Source of the DNA: an uncultured Gammaproteobacteria bacterium
Lineage (GTDB): Bacteria > Pseudomonadota > Gammaproteobacteria > Eutrophobiales > Eutrophobiaceae
DNA: 64,000 nucleotides
Assembly (NCBI GenBank): GCA_958295485.1
Contig: OY282354.1
Location: 2,679,944 to 2,743,943 of the forward strand
Reading direction: 5' to 3'
Part shown: positions 18,315 through 27,741 of the stretch, piece after piece
How positions within the stretch are numbered: position 1 is the first letter of the stretch
Layout: each line of letters opens with the position of its first letter
Position numbers and translations under genes: made by a program
The notes under the pieces: model-generated
What the model was told of the DNA's origin: nothing
What the model saw: the letters and a program-made list of their open reading frames with translations, nothing else
Database searches by the model: none

Positions 18315-20291
18315 TTACTGCAGGCTGAACACCATCAACACGCCACTGTTGCGTGCTGAATTCAGCAATGCGCGATAGCCACCGACAGCGCCCAGCGCTG
18401 CGGTATCAGGCGCGGCAGCCAGACCTGGAATAGCCACAACGGCACCAGCCCATCCACCGATCCCGGAGAGGATACCGACGTATTGCTTGCCACCGTGTGA
18501 CCAGGTATGGAAGTTACCGATAATGCCTGACGGAGTCTTGAATTTCCAAAGCAGCTCGCCGCTCTTGGCATCAATCGCCTTTGCATAAGAGTCAAGCGTG
18601 CCGTAGAAAACAACGTCACCGGCAGTCGCCAGCGCGCCGCTCCATACCGACCATTGCTCGGAGATAGACCATACGATCTTGCCTGCGTCTGCATCCCAGG
18701 CAATAAAGTTACCCATGTTGTCAGTGCCGTTATCCAGTACGGCGCCAGCCGGGTACATGGTCAGGTTGGCATTAACATAGGCTTGACCGGAAACGTACTG
18801 GTTGCCGCCCGCATCGTAACTGACCGGTTCATAGGTCATACAAACGTGGTTTGTAGGCACATAGAACAGGCCGGTACGCGGCGAGTAGGCAGCAGGTTGC
18901 TGGTCCTTGGTACCCAATGCAGCGGGGCAGATGTCCTTGGAGACAACGTCCTGACCGTTGTAGTGAGTGCTGTAGGAATTGACAACCTGGGGATAGCCCG
19001 TTTTCATGTCGACGTGAGTAGCCCAGTTAACGGCCGGATCATACTTTTCAGCGACAAGCAGGGCGCCCGTCTTACGGTTCATGGTATAGCCAAAGCCGTT
19101 ACGGTCGAAGTGAACCAGGGCAGGCGTGTCTTTACCACGGACTTCCATGTCGACCAGGATCATCTCATTGACGCCGTCATAGTCCCACTCATCATGGGGC
19201 GTCATCTGGTAAACCCAGCGAGCAACGCCGGTGTCGATGTCACGGGCAAAAATGGTCATGGACCATTTGTTGTCACCGGGACGAACAACCGGGTTCCAAG
19301 TGCCGGGGTTGCCTGAACCGTAGTACACCAGGTTCTCATCGAAGTCAACCGGCCACCAGCCCCATGTGGAACCACCGCCCAGTTTCCACTGATCCGAAAG
19401 CTCCTTGCATTCACGGCCTACCATTGAGTTCATCCTAAGGGCATCCATACCCCAACTGCTCTTGTCAGTGCTCTGCTCGGCATCAAAAGCGCACCAGCTT
19501 TTCAGGGAAGAATCCTTGCCCACCTTCTCGCCCATGGACGTAGTGTTCTCATCGAACAGGATATCTTCATCAGGGCCCATGCTGAAGGCGCGCCATGCCA
19601 AGCTACCGTCTTTGGCATTGTAAGCGGCTATCCAGCAACGGACACCAAACTCGGCGCCTGAACAACCCGTCAAGATTTTGTCTTTAATCGGATGAGGCGC
19701 ATTGGTGTTGGTCATGCCTTGCTTTGGCCCATAGGGGCCACCCAGTTCAGCGGGAATATCGCCACCATTGGATGCATCCCAGACCTTCTCACCGGTCTTG
19801 GCGGATAATGCAACTAACATGTTGTCAGCCTGTTGCAGGTAAATCTGGCCCATGCTATATCCCAATCCACGGTTTACGATGTCGCAACACATAACCGGAA
19901 CGGTTTCTGCTTCGTTTTGTTGCGGCTCATAAGCCCAGGTGATGTTCAATGTATCAAGATCGATAGCAAAAACATCGTTCGGGAATGACGAATGGATGAA
20001 TAAATGGTCGCTGTCCAGACCCGTCGCGCTTGGCGGCAGGACCAGAGGACCACCTTCATGGCCTTGCAGGCGTCCGGTTGAGAACGTCCACGCAGCCACC
20101 AGTCCACCGGCGTTTTCATTGTTAATCTGATCTAACTCAGAGTAACGCCAGTTCCAGTAATTGCCGCCCGGGAAGGCCCAGTAGTTTGGATTCTCCATCA
20201 ATGCTTTAACCTCATCGTTAGCATAAGCAGACAGAGACATAACCAAAACAACAGAGGCAATTACCAACTTATTGAAGGACAATTTACTCAT
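18315..20291 (-). CDS. xoxF: Lanthanide-dependent PQQ methanol dehydrogenase
   Basis: MCCDIVNRG, GAEFGVR, GNPGTWNP..RPGDNKWSM, HDEWDYDGVNE (extra Ln-binding Asp), CPAALGTKDQQP. Confidence 0.93.
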   Translation of the reverse strand: MSKLSFNKLVIASVVLVMSLSAYANDEVKALMENPNYWAFPGGNYWNWRYSELDQINNENAGGLVAAWTFSTGRLQGHEGGPLVLPPSATGLDSDHLFIHSSFPNDVFAIDLDTLNITWAYEPQQNEAETVPVMCCDIVNRGLGYSMGQIYLQQADNMLVALSAKTGEKVWDASNGGDIPAELGGPYGPKQGMTNTNAPHPIKDKILTGCSGAEFGVRCWIAAYNAKDGSLAWRAFSMGPDEDILFDENTTSMGEKVGKDSSLKSWCAFDAEQSTDKSSWGMDALRMNSMVGRECKELSDQWKLGGGSTWGWWPVDFDENLVYYGSGNPGTWNPVVRPGDNKWSMTIFARDIDTGVARWVYQMTPHDEWDYDGVNEMILVDMEVRGKDTPALVHFDRNGFGYTMNRKTGALLVAEKYDPAVNWATHVDMKTGYPQVVNSYSTHYNGQDVVSKDICPAALGTKDQQPAAYSPRTGLFYVPTNHVCMTYEPVSYDAGGNQYVSGQAYVNANLTMYPAGAVLDNGTDNMGNFIAWDADAGKIVWSISEQWSVWSGALATAGDVVFYGTLDSYAKAIDAKSGELLWKFKTPSGIIGNFHTWSHGGKQYVGILSGIGGWAGAVVAIPGLAAAPDTAALGAVGGYRALLNSARNSGVLMVFSLQ

Positions 20292-20320
20292 GACCTCCTC
20301 CTCTTTATAGTTGTTGATGA

Positions 20321-20366
20321 ATTTGATCTCGAACTTATTGGCCTCCCCGCTATCTCGAGATCAAAT
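20321..20366 (-). promoter_or_regulatory. 12-bp inverted repeat in the xoxF 5' leader
   Basis: ATTTGATCTCGA-N22-TCGAGATCAAAT, 30 nt upstream of the start codon. Confidence 0.5.
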
Positions 20367-20718
20367 GACAGCCGGGAGTTAAAAAGCGCTTGTACTCTCC
20401 TAATTCTGGATATTAGGCGATTTTTATAATATAAGTCAAGTCATATTCGCGTATTTTAATACATATTTCATCTTGATAGTAAAAATCACAGATACATCTT
20501 TTTAACAAACAGCAAGATACAACGTCTTTCTTACCTGATTTATAAATCAAAAATCCGGTTCGATATTCGTATCCACCGGTGCAATATCCGCGCATTCAAG
20601 AATATACAAAATCCATAGTTTGAACAGGACATCCCAAGCTGTTACATTGTATCATTATGTATTATACTATCCCAAGTTCGAGTTGTTATTAAAGAATTCC
20701 ATAGAGGAGCCTGCACCC

Positions 20719-21558
20719 GTGAATACCATGATAAAGACACCTGTTTACATTATTACCCTGTTTATATCCATGGCGGCAGCCGTTGCAGACGTTGCGCCCA
20801 GCGATTATCGGCAAAAGCTGTCAGACCAGGTCTGGCTGGATAACCTGCGGCCGGCATCTTTCCAGGATCGGGAAATAATTGAAGGCGCTGAACAAAACGT
20901 CCTGGAAATCAAAGCGCCCTATCGTGCGGAAGACGCTACGGTTGTCCCCATCACGATCCATTCTAAAATTCCCCAGACTGCCGAATTGTATGTAAATAAA
21001 ATTCATGTCTTTATCGATAAAAATCCGGTGCCGTTGGTGGGTATATTCGACTTCACGCCGGCCAGCGGCAAGGCGGACCTTGCCATGCGCGTCAGGGTTG
21101 ATGATTTTTCCTTCGTCCGCGCCATTGCCGAGTTAAACACGGGTGAACTGTATTTGGCGAAAAGTTTTGTGCGGGCAACCGGCGCCTGCTCTGCGCCGCC
21201 TCCCAAGAGCATTGATGATTCAATCGCCAATATAGGCAAGATGAAAATGAGGTTGCTGGGCGACGTTGAATTTGAGGAACCGAATTTAATACAGGTCAAA
21301 ATAAAACACCCGAACATTACCGGACTGCAACCAATGCGGATTGGCTCGCGGGTCCGCCCACCCCCCCATTTTATCAGCCAGTTAAAAGTCAGCTATGACG
21401 GAACTTTGATCATGGCGGCGCGACTGACGTTTTCGATCAGCATGGACCCCAGCTTGCGTTTCTTTTTTGTTCCAAAAGGCGACGGAATACTGACGGTTGA
21501 CGCAACGGATACTAAAAATGACTCATGGTCTTCAGAACTTCAAGTGAACCGGGGATAA
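20719..21558 (+). CDS. Quinoprotein dehydrogenase-associated SoxYZ-like carrier (fused)
   Basis: APYRAEDATVVP, IDKNPVP, MRVRVD.FS.VRAIAE, GACSAPP, IKHPN.TGLQ, SISMDP; GAGGAG RBS before GTG 20719. Confidence 0.85.
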   Translation: MNTMIKTPVYIITLFISMAAAVADVAPSDYRQKLSDQVWLDNLRPASFQDREIIEGAEQNVLEIKAPYRAEDATVVPITIHSKIPQTAELYVNKIHVFIDKNPVPLVGIFDFTPASGKADLAMRVRVDDFSFVRAIAELNTGELYLAKSFVRATGACSAPPPKSIDDSIANIGKMKMRLLGDVEFEEPNLIQVKIKHPNITGLQPMRIGSRVRPPPHFISQLKVSYDGTLIMAARLTFSISMDPSLRFFFVPKGDGILTVDATDTKNDSWSSELQVNRG

Positions 21559-21580
21559 CGACGCTGTACCCCCCCTTGAA

Positions 21581-21612
21581 CCCCCTCTAACTCCCCCTTG
21601 TGAGGGAGCGGA
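21581..21612. repeat. Dispersed repeat family B (CCCCTCTAACTCCCCCTTG..AGGG); other copies at 24465-24494 and 33423-33449
   Basis: Near-identical copies compared by eye. Confidence 0.65.
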
Positions 21613-21639
21613 CGATTATGCCACTGCCGATGACCCATA

Positions 21640-21715
21640 GCAGGGGCAACTCGCTGTGGTTGCCCTGACTCGGGGCGCGTTCCGGCATGACCCAAGGCAG
21701 GAGGCGCGCCCCTGC
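21640..21715. repeat. REPIN-like doublet of GCAGGGGC-headed palindromes (family A)
   Basis: gcaggggcaactcgctgtggttgccc ... aggcaggaggcgcgcccctgc. Confidence 0.65.
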
Positions 21716-21740
21716 CGGATTAACGCCTCCTGTTCCCTGT

Positions 21741-22106
21741 CTATTGCTTTACTGTATCACGCGTGATTTTCCTGACTACCGGGCAGGCAGCCAGCGCTTT
21801 TTGCCTCACGGCTCGCAGTTTTTCGACGTATTCCTTACCCTCTTTGCTGTCACGGAACAGGTTGCCGCGTTTGCCTGGCATCCTGACGTATCTCTCATAT
21901 AAACTTGCCTGCTCATAATCCGCAAAAGCCATTTCAGCTTCAAACACGTCCTGACGGCAAGCGCAGGTAAGCAGGTTCTCTTCATTTTGAGAACCGAATT
22001 CAGCCATACAGGCGACAACCATTCTGACTGTTGCAGTTGTCGGATATTCATCAGCCGACACAAGTAAAGGGACCATTATGGCTAACATCATTATAGTTCT
22101 TGACAT
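21741..22106 (-). CDS. Secreted hypothetical protein of PQQ/xox clusters, four Cys
   Basis: Signal peptide; YPT..V..CM..CAC.D.....Y..A......M.G.RG..FRD pattern; GGAG RBS. Confidence 0.7.
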   Translation of the reverse strand: MSRTIMMLAIMVPLLVSADEYPTTATVRMVVACMAEFGSQNEENLLTCACRQDVFEAEMAFADYEQASLYERYVRMPGKRGNLFRDSKEGKEYVEKLRAVRQKALAACPVVRKITRDTVKQ

Positions 22107-22175
22107 GGTTAAATCTCCAAGGGTTGTGGGAATCGGGAATCGGAATTAAATTCAGACTCATAAATAATCAGCAGG

Positions 22176-23456
22176 TTATACGGAATTGATATAATTGCCA
22201 AGTAGCGTCATAACCGAGTCTGTAGCGCCTTGATTTTGCTCTACCACCTGTTTTCCCCGCTCGCCGTAGCCGCGCCTGAGCCCGGCATCCGCTAATAACC
22301 CGATAACCGAAGCTGCCAGTTCATCAGGCGCGGCTACAACGATTAGCGCATCCAGCCCCTTTAATGAACCGGTTATTTCCCTGAAATTAAACGTATGGGG
22401 CCCGGTAATGACCGGTATGCCCCACCTGGCTGCCTCCACCATGTTGTGTCCTCCGGCGGGGACCAGGCTGCCGCCGATAAATGCGAGGTCTGCGCAACCA
22501 TAGAATAGCGGGAGTTCACCCAGCGTATTCAGCATATATATATCCGTATTCCGGCTATAGAGTTGTTCCTCGGTTCGTCTAACGGTAATGAAGTCCTTGC
22601 TCCGGCACAGGTTATAAACAACCCTGAAACGTTCAGGATGCCTGGGGGCGATAATCAACAGGCAATCGGCTGACTTTTTCCTGATTTCGTGAAATGCTTC
22701 CAATACCAGTTCCTCCTCGCCTTCATGGGTGCTTGCCGCAATCCAGACAGGCCTGTTCACGGACAGGAAGCGTTTCAGGGATTTTGCCTGCCCTGCAACG
22801 CCATGTGGCATTTCAATATCGAATTTCAAATTACCTGTCACCGACACGTCATCGGGGCGCGCGCCCAGTGACAGGAATCGATGCGCGTCAGCATCGCTCT
22901 GCGCGGCAATATGGCTTAACCCACGCAGCGCATCCGCCAGGAAAGCTCTAAACCGCAGGTAGCTCTTGTATGATTTATCAGACAGCCTTGCATTGATCAG
23001 AACCGCCGGCAAATCACGTCGCCGACAGTAATAAAGCAGGTTCGGCCAGATTTCCGTCTCCATGATGATTAAAACACGCGGCCTGACCGCATCCAGAAAT
23101 GCCTTGACCGCGCAGGGCAAATCATAAGGAAGGTAGAGGTGAATGACTTCCCCGGGAAAAGTCTGTTGTACATAACAGGCCCCTGTCGGCGTGATAGTCG
23201 TCATGACCAGCTGGCAACCGGGAAAAGCCTGGCCCAGCCTGGCAACCAGCGCCCTCGAAGCCTGCGCCTCGCCAACAGACACCGCATGAAGCCAAATCAC
23301 CGGCGGCCCGGTTGCAAGTTTCGGCACAAAACCAAACCTTTCCGGAATACGCTTCAGGTAGTCAGGGTTTTTCATCCCCCGCAAAAGCAGCCTTAACAAG
23401 ACGAGGGGTATCGACAAATACAGGATGAAAGAATATAAACAGTATAAAATCCGCAT
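22176..23456 (-). CDS. waaA: Kdo transferase
   Basis: IWLHAVSVGE, YLPYD, ETEIWPN, AASTHEGEE, PRHPERF, GGHN..E. Confidence 0.95.
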   Translation of the reverse strand: MRILYCLYSFILYLSIPLVLLRLLLRGMKNPDYLKRIPERFGFVPKLATGPPVIWLHAVSVGEAQASRALVARLGQAFPGCQLVMTTITPTGACYVQQTFPGEVIHLYLPYDLPCAVKAFLDAVRPRVLIIMETEIWPNLLYYCRRRDLPAVLINARLSDKSYKSYLRFRAFLADALRGLSHIAAQSDADAHRFLSLGARPDDVSVTGNLKFDIEMPHGVAGQAKSLKRFLSVNRPVWIAASTHEGEEELVLEAFHEIRKKSADCLLIIAPRHPERFRVVYNLCRSKDFITVRRTEEQLYSRNTDIYMLNTLGELPLFYGCADLAFIGGSLVPAGGHNMVEAARWGIPVITGPHTFNFREITGSLKGLDALIVVAAPDELAASVIGLLADAGLRRGYGERGKQVVEQNQGATDSVMTLLGNYINSV

Positions 23457-23498
23457 TGGGTCAACCAGGAAAAAATGCCGGGAACCCGGGACAGGCAA

Positions 23499-24452
23499 TC
23501 AATTCAACCAGTTCAGGTATTGATTGATACCCTCTTCCAATTCGGTAAAATCGGCCTTGTAGCCGACTTCCCGCAACCCCGAAATATTCGCTTCGGTAAA
23601 ACTTTGATAAGCGGGTAATAAACCTTCCGGAAAATCGACATAATTGATAATCTTGTCAATCTCGCCTTTGTTATGCCAATTGATAATCAAGCCGGCAACA
23701 TCATTAAAGCTCCTGCTCTTGCCCGTGCCCACGTTGAATATGCCTTTAGCCCGGCGGTTATTCATAAACCACAGGTTGACATCCACCACGTCATCGATAT
23801 AGATAAAATCCCGCCGCTGCCCCCCGTTTTCGTAGCCGCCGCTTGCCTTGAATAAATTAACTTCGCCATTTTCAATTAGCTGGTTGTTCAATTGAAAAGC
23901 CATGCTGCTCATCGCCCCTTTGTGCTGTTCATAAGGGCCATATACGTTAAAGTATCTTAACCCCGCAACCTGCGCGTCGGATTCGCGCAATGCCCTGCGG
24001 GCGTACCGGTCAAATAACAACTTGGAATAGCCATACAGGTTAAGCGGTTTCTCACACTCCGGTTTTTCCTCAAAGCGCCGGCTGACGCCGTAAACGGCCG
24101 CGCTCGAAGCATAAATAAAAGGAATTTTCCCGCTGATGCAGCGTTCCAGCAATCTTGTGGAGTAAGCATAGTTATTTTCGAGCATGTATTTCCCATCTCG
24201 TTCCCTCGTATCCGAACAGGCGCCCTGGTGAAAAACGACCTTCACATCATCGAGACAACCGGGATTGTCGGACAACAGCGACATGAATTCATCCTTGTCC
24301 AGGTAGTCCAGGAAATCACAATCAACAAGGTTGCGGAACTTGGTCCCGTCCGACAGATCATCGACAACGACAATATCCGAACGCCCGGTTGAATTCAACC
24401 CCCGAACCAGGTTACTGCCGATAAAACCGGCTGCTCCGGTTACAATTATCAT
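23499..24452 (-). CDS. hldD: ADP-L-glycero-D-manno-heptose 6-epimerase
   Basis: TGAAGFIGSN, FHQGACS.T, YASSAAVYG, YGYSK, LRYFNVYGP. Confidence 0.95.
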   Translation of the reverse strand: MIIVTGAAGFIGSNLVRGLNSTGRSDIVVVDDLSDGTKFRNLVDCDFLDYLDKDEFMSLLSDNPGCLDDVKVVFHQGACSDTRERDGKYMLENNYAYSTRLLERCISGKIPFIYASSAAVYGVSRRFEEKPECEKPLNLYGYSKLLFDRYARRALRESDAQVAGLRYFNVYGPYEQHKGAMSSMAFQLNNQLIENGEVNLFKASGGYENGGQRRDFIYIDDVVDVNLWFMNNRRAKGIFNVGTGKSRSFNDVAGLIINWHNKGEIDKIINYVDFPEGLLPAYQSFTEANISGLREVGYKADFTELEEGINQYLNWLN

Positions 24453-24469
24453 TTAACCTGAACTCCCCT

Positions 24470-25936
24470 CTAACTCCCCCTTGTCGAGGGGGGAACTGCG
24501 CCGGCGCTTTTGATTTTATCTATGATATGACTTGTCGAACAATCGTCGATATAGGGAAGTATCCTTACTTCACCGCCATGACTTTTTACATGACCGGCCC
24601 CGGCAATGCCATCAATATCATAATCGCCGCCTTTAACCAGCAGGTCAGGCTTGATCAATCCTGTCAACTCCTCCGGGGTATCCTCGGCAAATGCAATCAA
24701 CCAATCGACCGAGGCTAATCCCGATAATACTCGCAGACGTTTGTCCAGCTCCTGCAATGGTCTCCCTTCGCCTTTCAATTTCCGCACGGATTCGTCATCA
24801 TTCACGGCGACCAGAAGTTTATCGCCCAAGGCCCTTGCCTGTCTCAGGTATTCGACGTGCCCGGCATGCAGAATATCAAAACAGCCGTTCGTCATGACGA
24901 TTTTTTCTCCCTTATCCCGGCTGGCATTGATTGCATCAAGCAAGTTATCAAGGTCCATGCGCTTCACATCGCCTGAAATGGAATTGCCTGATGCTGAATT
25001 CAGCTCAGCGACGGCAACAGTCGCGGCGCCCAATTTCTCAACTGCGATACCGGCTGCCGAGTTGGCGAAATATACCGCGTCCGCGCTGGCATACCCAGCT
25101 GCGATTGCCGCTGAAAAAGTTGCAATCACCGTGTCGCCGGCGCCGGTAACGTCAAAAACTTCATGGGCTTCCGCCGGAAGACTGATAACCTTGTTATTTA
25201 CCTTGTCCAGGAAAGTCACCCCACGTTCGCCCCGGGTGATCAACAAGGCATCCAGGGACAATGAGTCGCAAAGCGCCAGGCCTTTTTCATTTATCTCAGC
25301 GTCATTCAAACACTCGCCCACTACGGCTTCGAATTCTTTATAATTCGGCGTTAATACCGTCGCATTTTTATAGCGGGAAAAATCCGCCCCTTTCGGGTCG
25401 ACGATGACGGGCAGGTCATATTCGCCAGCCAGGTTGATGAAACTTTCCACTTGGCGCAGGCTCCCCTTGGCATAATCAGACAAAACAACGAGGGAAGAAT
25501 TATGCACCTGGTCAGCATAAATCTTCATCAATGAAGCCGAATCAGTCACCTTGAAGTCAGCCTCATAATCCATCCGCAGTAATTGCTGGTTTTGACTTAA
25601 AATCCGAAGTTTGGTTATAGTGGGAACCCCTGACCGGTGGAAAAAACAGCAAGAGACGCCCAATTTCGATAATTCTTTTTCCAAAGCCCTGGCTGCTGCA
25701 TCGTTCCCGGTAATGCCCAGCAACTTTACTTCCATGCCCAGACACTTGATATTGGCTGCCACGTTGGCCGCGCCGCCCGGTCGTTCTTCAGTCTTTTTAA
25801 CTTTTACAACCGGGACCGGGGCTTCCGGCGAAATTCTGTCGGTGTCGCCATAGACATACCGGTCCAGCATGACATCGCCGATGACAAGAATATCTGCATT
25901 ATGAGATGGGTGAAATATTTTATGTGTCGTCTGCAC
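24470..25936 (-). CDS. hldE: Bifunctional heptose kinase/adenylyltransferase
   Basis: RISPEAPVPVV, DVTGAGDT, TNGCFDILHAGH, KGGDY. Confidence 0.95.
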   Translation of the reverse strand: MQTTHKIFHPSHNADILVIGDVMLDRYVYGDTDRISPEAPVPVVKVKKTEERPGGAANVAANIKCLGMEVKLLGITGNDAAARALEKELSKLGVSCCFFHRSGVPTITKLRILSQNQQLLRMDYEADFKVTDSASLMKIYADQVHNSSLVVLSDYAKGSLRQVESFINLAGEYDLPVIVDPKGADFSRYKNATVLTPNYKEFEAVVGECLNDAEINEKGLALCDSLSLDALLITRGERGVTFLDKVNNKVISLPAEAHEVFDVTGAGDTVIATFSAAIAAGYASADAVYFANSAAGIAVEKLGAATVAVAELNSASGNSISGDVKRMDLDNLLDAINASRDKGEKIVMTNGCFDILHAGHVEYLRQARALGDKLLVAVNDDESVRKLKGEGRPLQELDKRLRVLSGLASVDWLIAFAEDTPEELTGLIKPDLLVKGGDYDIDGIAGAGHVKSHGGEVRILPYIDDCSTSHIIDKIKSAGAVPPSTRGS

Positions 25937-26017
25937 GCGCTGATCGTCCCGACTACGGCATGAAATTCAACGGATTCTACTATAAGATGTCACAGGGGCG
26001 TTGTCCGGGTATTCACA

Positions 26018-26779
26018 ATGTACAAATTACTGCATTTTTTCTCTTTTTTCTTTTTAATCGTTATAACCGGCGTTTCAGGCGTTACACGCGCCCAAAATAT
26101 TTCTCCGCCGGCTCCTTTTGAAGCAGAATATTCACTTTACACAAAAGGCACAAAAGTCGCGCGGGTAAACAGGCGTCTTGTAAAATTGGACGATGACAGG
26201 TATGAGTACCGATCCGAGACAAGAACAACCGGCCTGGCTGCATTAATCAGCAAGGTTCGGATTATTGAAACAAGCATTTTAATCTTTCAGGGAGAAGTTC
26301 TCCGGTCCGAGTACTACAGCTATGCGCGTTCCGGCGACAAGAAAAAACGTGATGTTTCAATCGAGTTCAACCGGCAAACAAAAAAAATTAAAAATACGCT
26401 CAACGGTGATTTCTGGCCCATGCCGACAGCGCCGACCGTCATGGATAAGTTGCTATACCAACTTGCGATCATGCATGACTTGAAAAACGGGCGCACGCCT
26501 GTTTCCTATCTTATCGCCGACCGGAAAGGAATCAAGACATACAACTTTGAGAAACTGGGCGAGGAGATAGTTAAAACGCCCCTTGGCAATTACAATTCCA
26601 TAAAAATACTCAGACATAAACCAGGCAGCAATCGAAAATCAATCTTCTGGTGCGCTCCCGAGTTGGATTTTTTACCCATAAAGGTTGAGCACACCGAAAA
26701 AGATGGCAGTACGACGCGGGCGGTAATCAAATCATTGCAGGGCATTAACCCGCATTTCCCGCCGGGAGACGCCGGTTAG
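26018..26779 (+). CDS. DUF3108-like secreted protein
   Basis: Signal peptide, F.AEY.L, E.VKTPLG.Y, FW.APELDFLPIK. Confidence 0.7.
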   Translation: MYKLLHFFSFFFLIVITGVSGVTRAQNISPPAPFEAEYSLYTKGTKVARVNRRLVKLDDDRYEYRSETRTTGLAALISKVRIIETSILIFQGEVLRSEYYSYARSGDKKKRDVSIEFNRQTKKIKNTLNGDFWPMPTAPTVMDKLLYQLAIMHDLKNGRTPVSYLIADRKGIKTYNFEKLGEEIVKTPLGNYNSIKILRHKPGSNRKSIFWCAPELDFLPIKVEHTEKDGSTTRAVIKSLQGINPHFPPGDAG

Positions 26780-27508
26780 TTATTGATATTGAGCAATCGC
26801 CTCTAATAATCTCTCCGGCGGAAGATAACCGGGCATTGACTGGCCCCCTTCCAGGTATATGGTCGGCGTCCCCCTCACCCCCAGGGTTTGCCCTAATTCA
26901 TAATGCCTTTCCACCGGGTTATCACATTTTGCCGGTTCGACTTTTTTTCCCAGCTTGGCTGCTGTCATGGCCGTATTTTTATCAGCGGCGCACCAGACGG
27001 ACTCCATATCCTCGAATGCTTCCGAGTCAGCGCCGGCCCGTGGGAAAGCCAGGTACCTCACGGCGACGCCTTTACTGTTCAACTCCGGCATGTCCCGGTG
27101 AAACTGCCGGCAATAGCCACAGGTGATGTCGGTAAAGACATAAACGGTATGCTTTGCATCAGGGGAAGCAAAATCTATTGTTTCAGTTTCAGGGATACCT
27201 TCCAGTACTTTCAGCCTGGCGGCAGCGCGTTGTTCCTCACTGACATTTATCCTTTCATCCAGGTCAATCAGGTCACCCTGCAAAATGTATCGCCCATCCT
27301 CGCTCAGGTAGACTACCTCCGTGCCCAACATGACTTCGTACAAGCCCGGAACCTGCGCTTCCTTGATCCGGGTAATTTCCAGGTCCGGAAAAGCAGTGGT
27401 GATCGACTCCCGCAACAGCCTGTGCTTTTCGGGCTCGGCGCTTACGCCGGCGAGAAACAGCGAGGTCGTAAAAAATAGCGTCAATTCAGTCCGCATGTCT
27501 TGCTCCAA
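26780..27508 (-). CDS. dsbC: Disulfide isomerase
   Basis: VFTDITCGYC, AFPR, GVRGTP; adjacent to xerD. Confidence 0.92.
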   Translation of the reverse strand: MEQDMRTELTLFFTTSLFLAGVSAEPEKHRLLRESITTAFPDLEITRIKEAQVPGLYEVMLGTEVVYLSEDGRYILQGDLIDLDERINVSEEQRAAARLKVLEGIPETETIDFASPDAKHTVYVFTDITCGYCRQFHRDMPELNSKGVAVRYLAFPRAGADSEAFEDMESVWCAADKNTAMTAAKLGKKVEPAKCDNPVERHYELGQTLGVRGTPTIYLEGGQSMPGYLPPERLLEAIAQYQ

Positions 27509-27741
27509 TTAAAGAATATCCAATGCCATTCAGCTTAACACCACCGGCATATTGATACAATATCAGGTACTGGTCACGTCAACCCAAAGTAGAAATGTCC
27601 CCTTTTGAACTGACGCCGTGGCCGGATTGAGACATTTTTCCAGGGACACAATACGAAACCATTCTCCCTCCCCCATCGCCCCCGGCTGATCAAGTATTGT
27701 GTCCCCGGAACGCCTGAAATAGTGTCTCCCCGGTCTCCGGC

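Noticed and set aside
18315-20291. Calcium-dependent mxaF
   Set aside because: The motif is WDYD rather than WDYA/WDFA, and no mxaI is adjacent.
20719-21558. Evidence for a Sox thiosulfate oxidation pathway
   Set aside because: It is a fused SoxYZ-like type with an internal Cys motif, and no soxABX genes are in the window.
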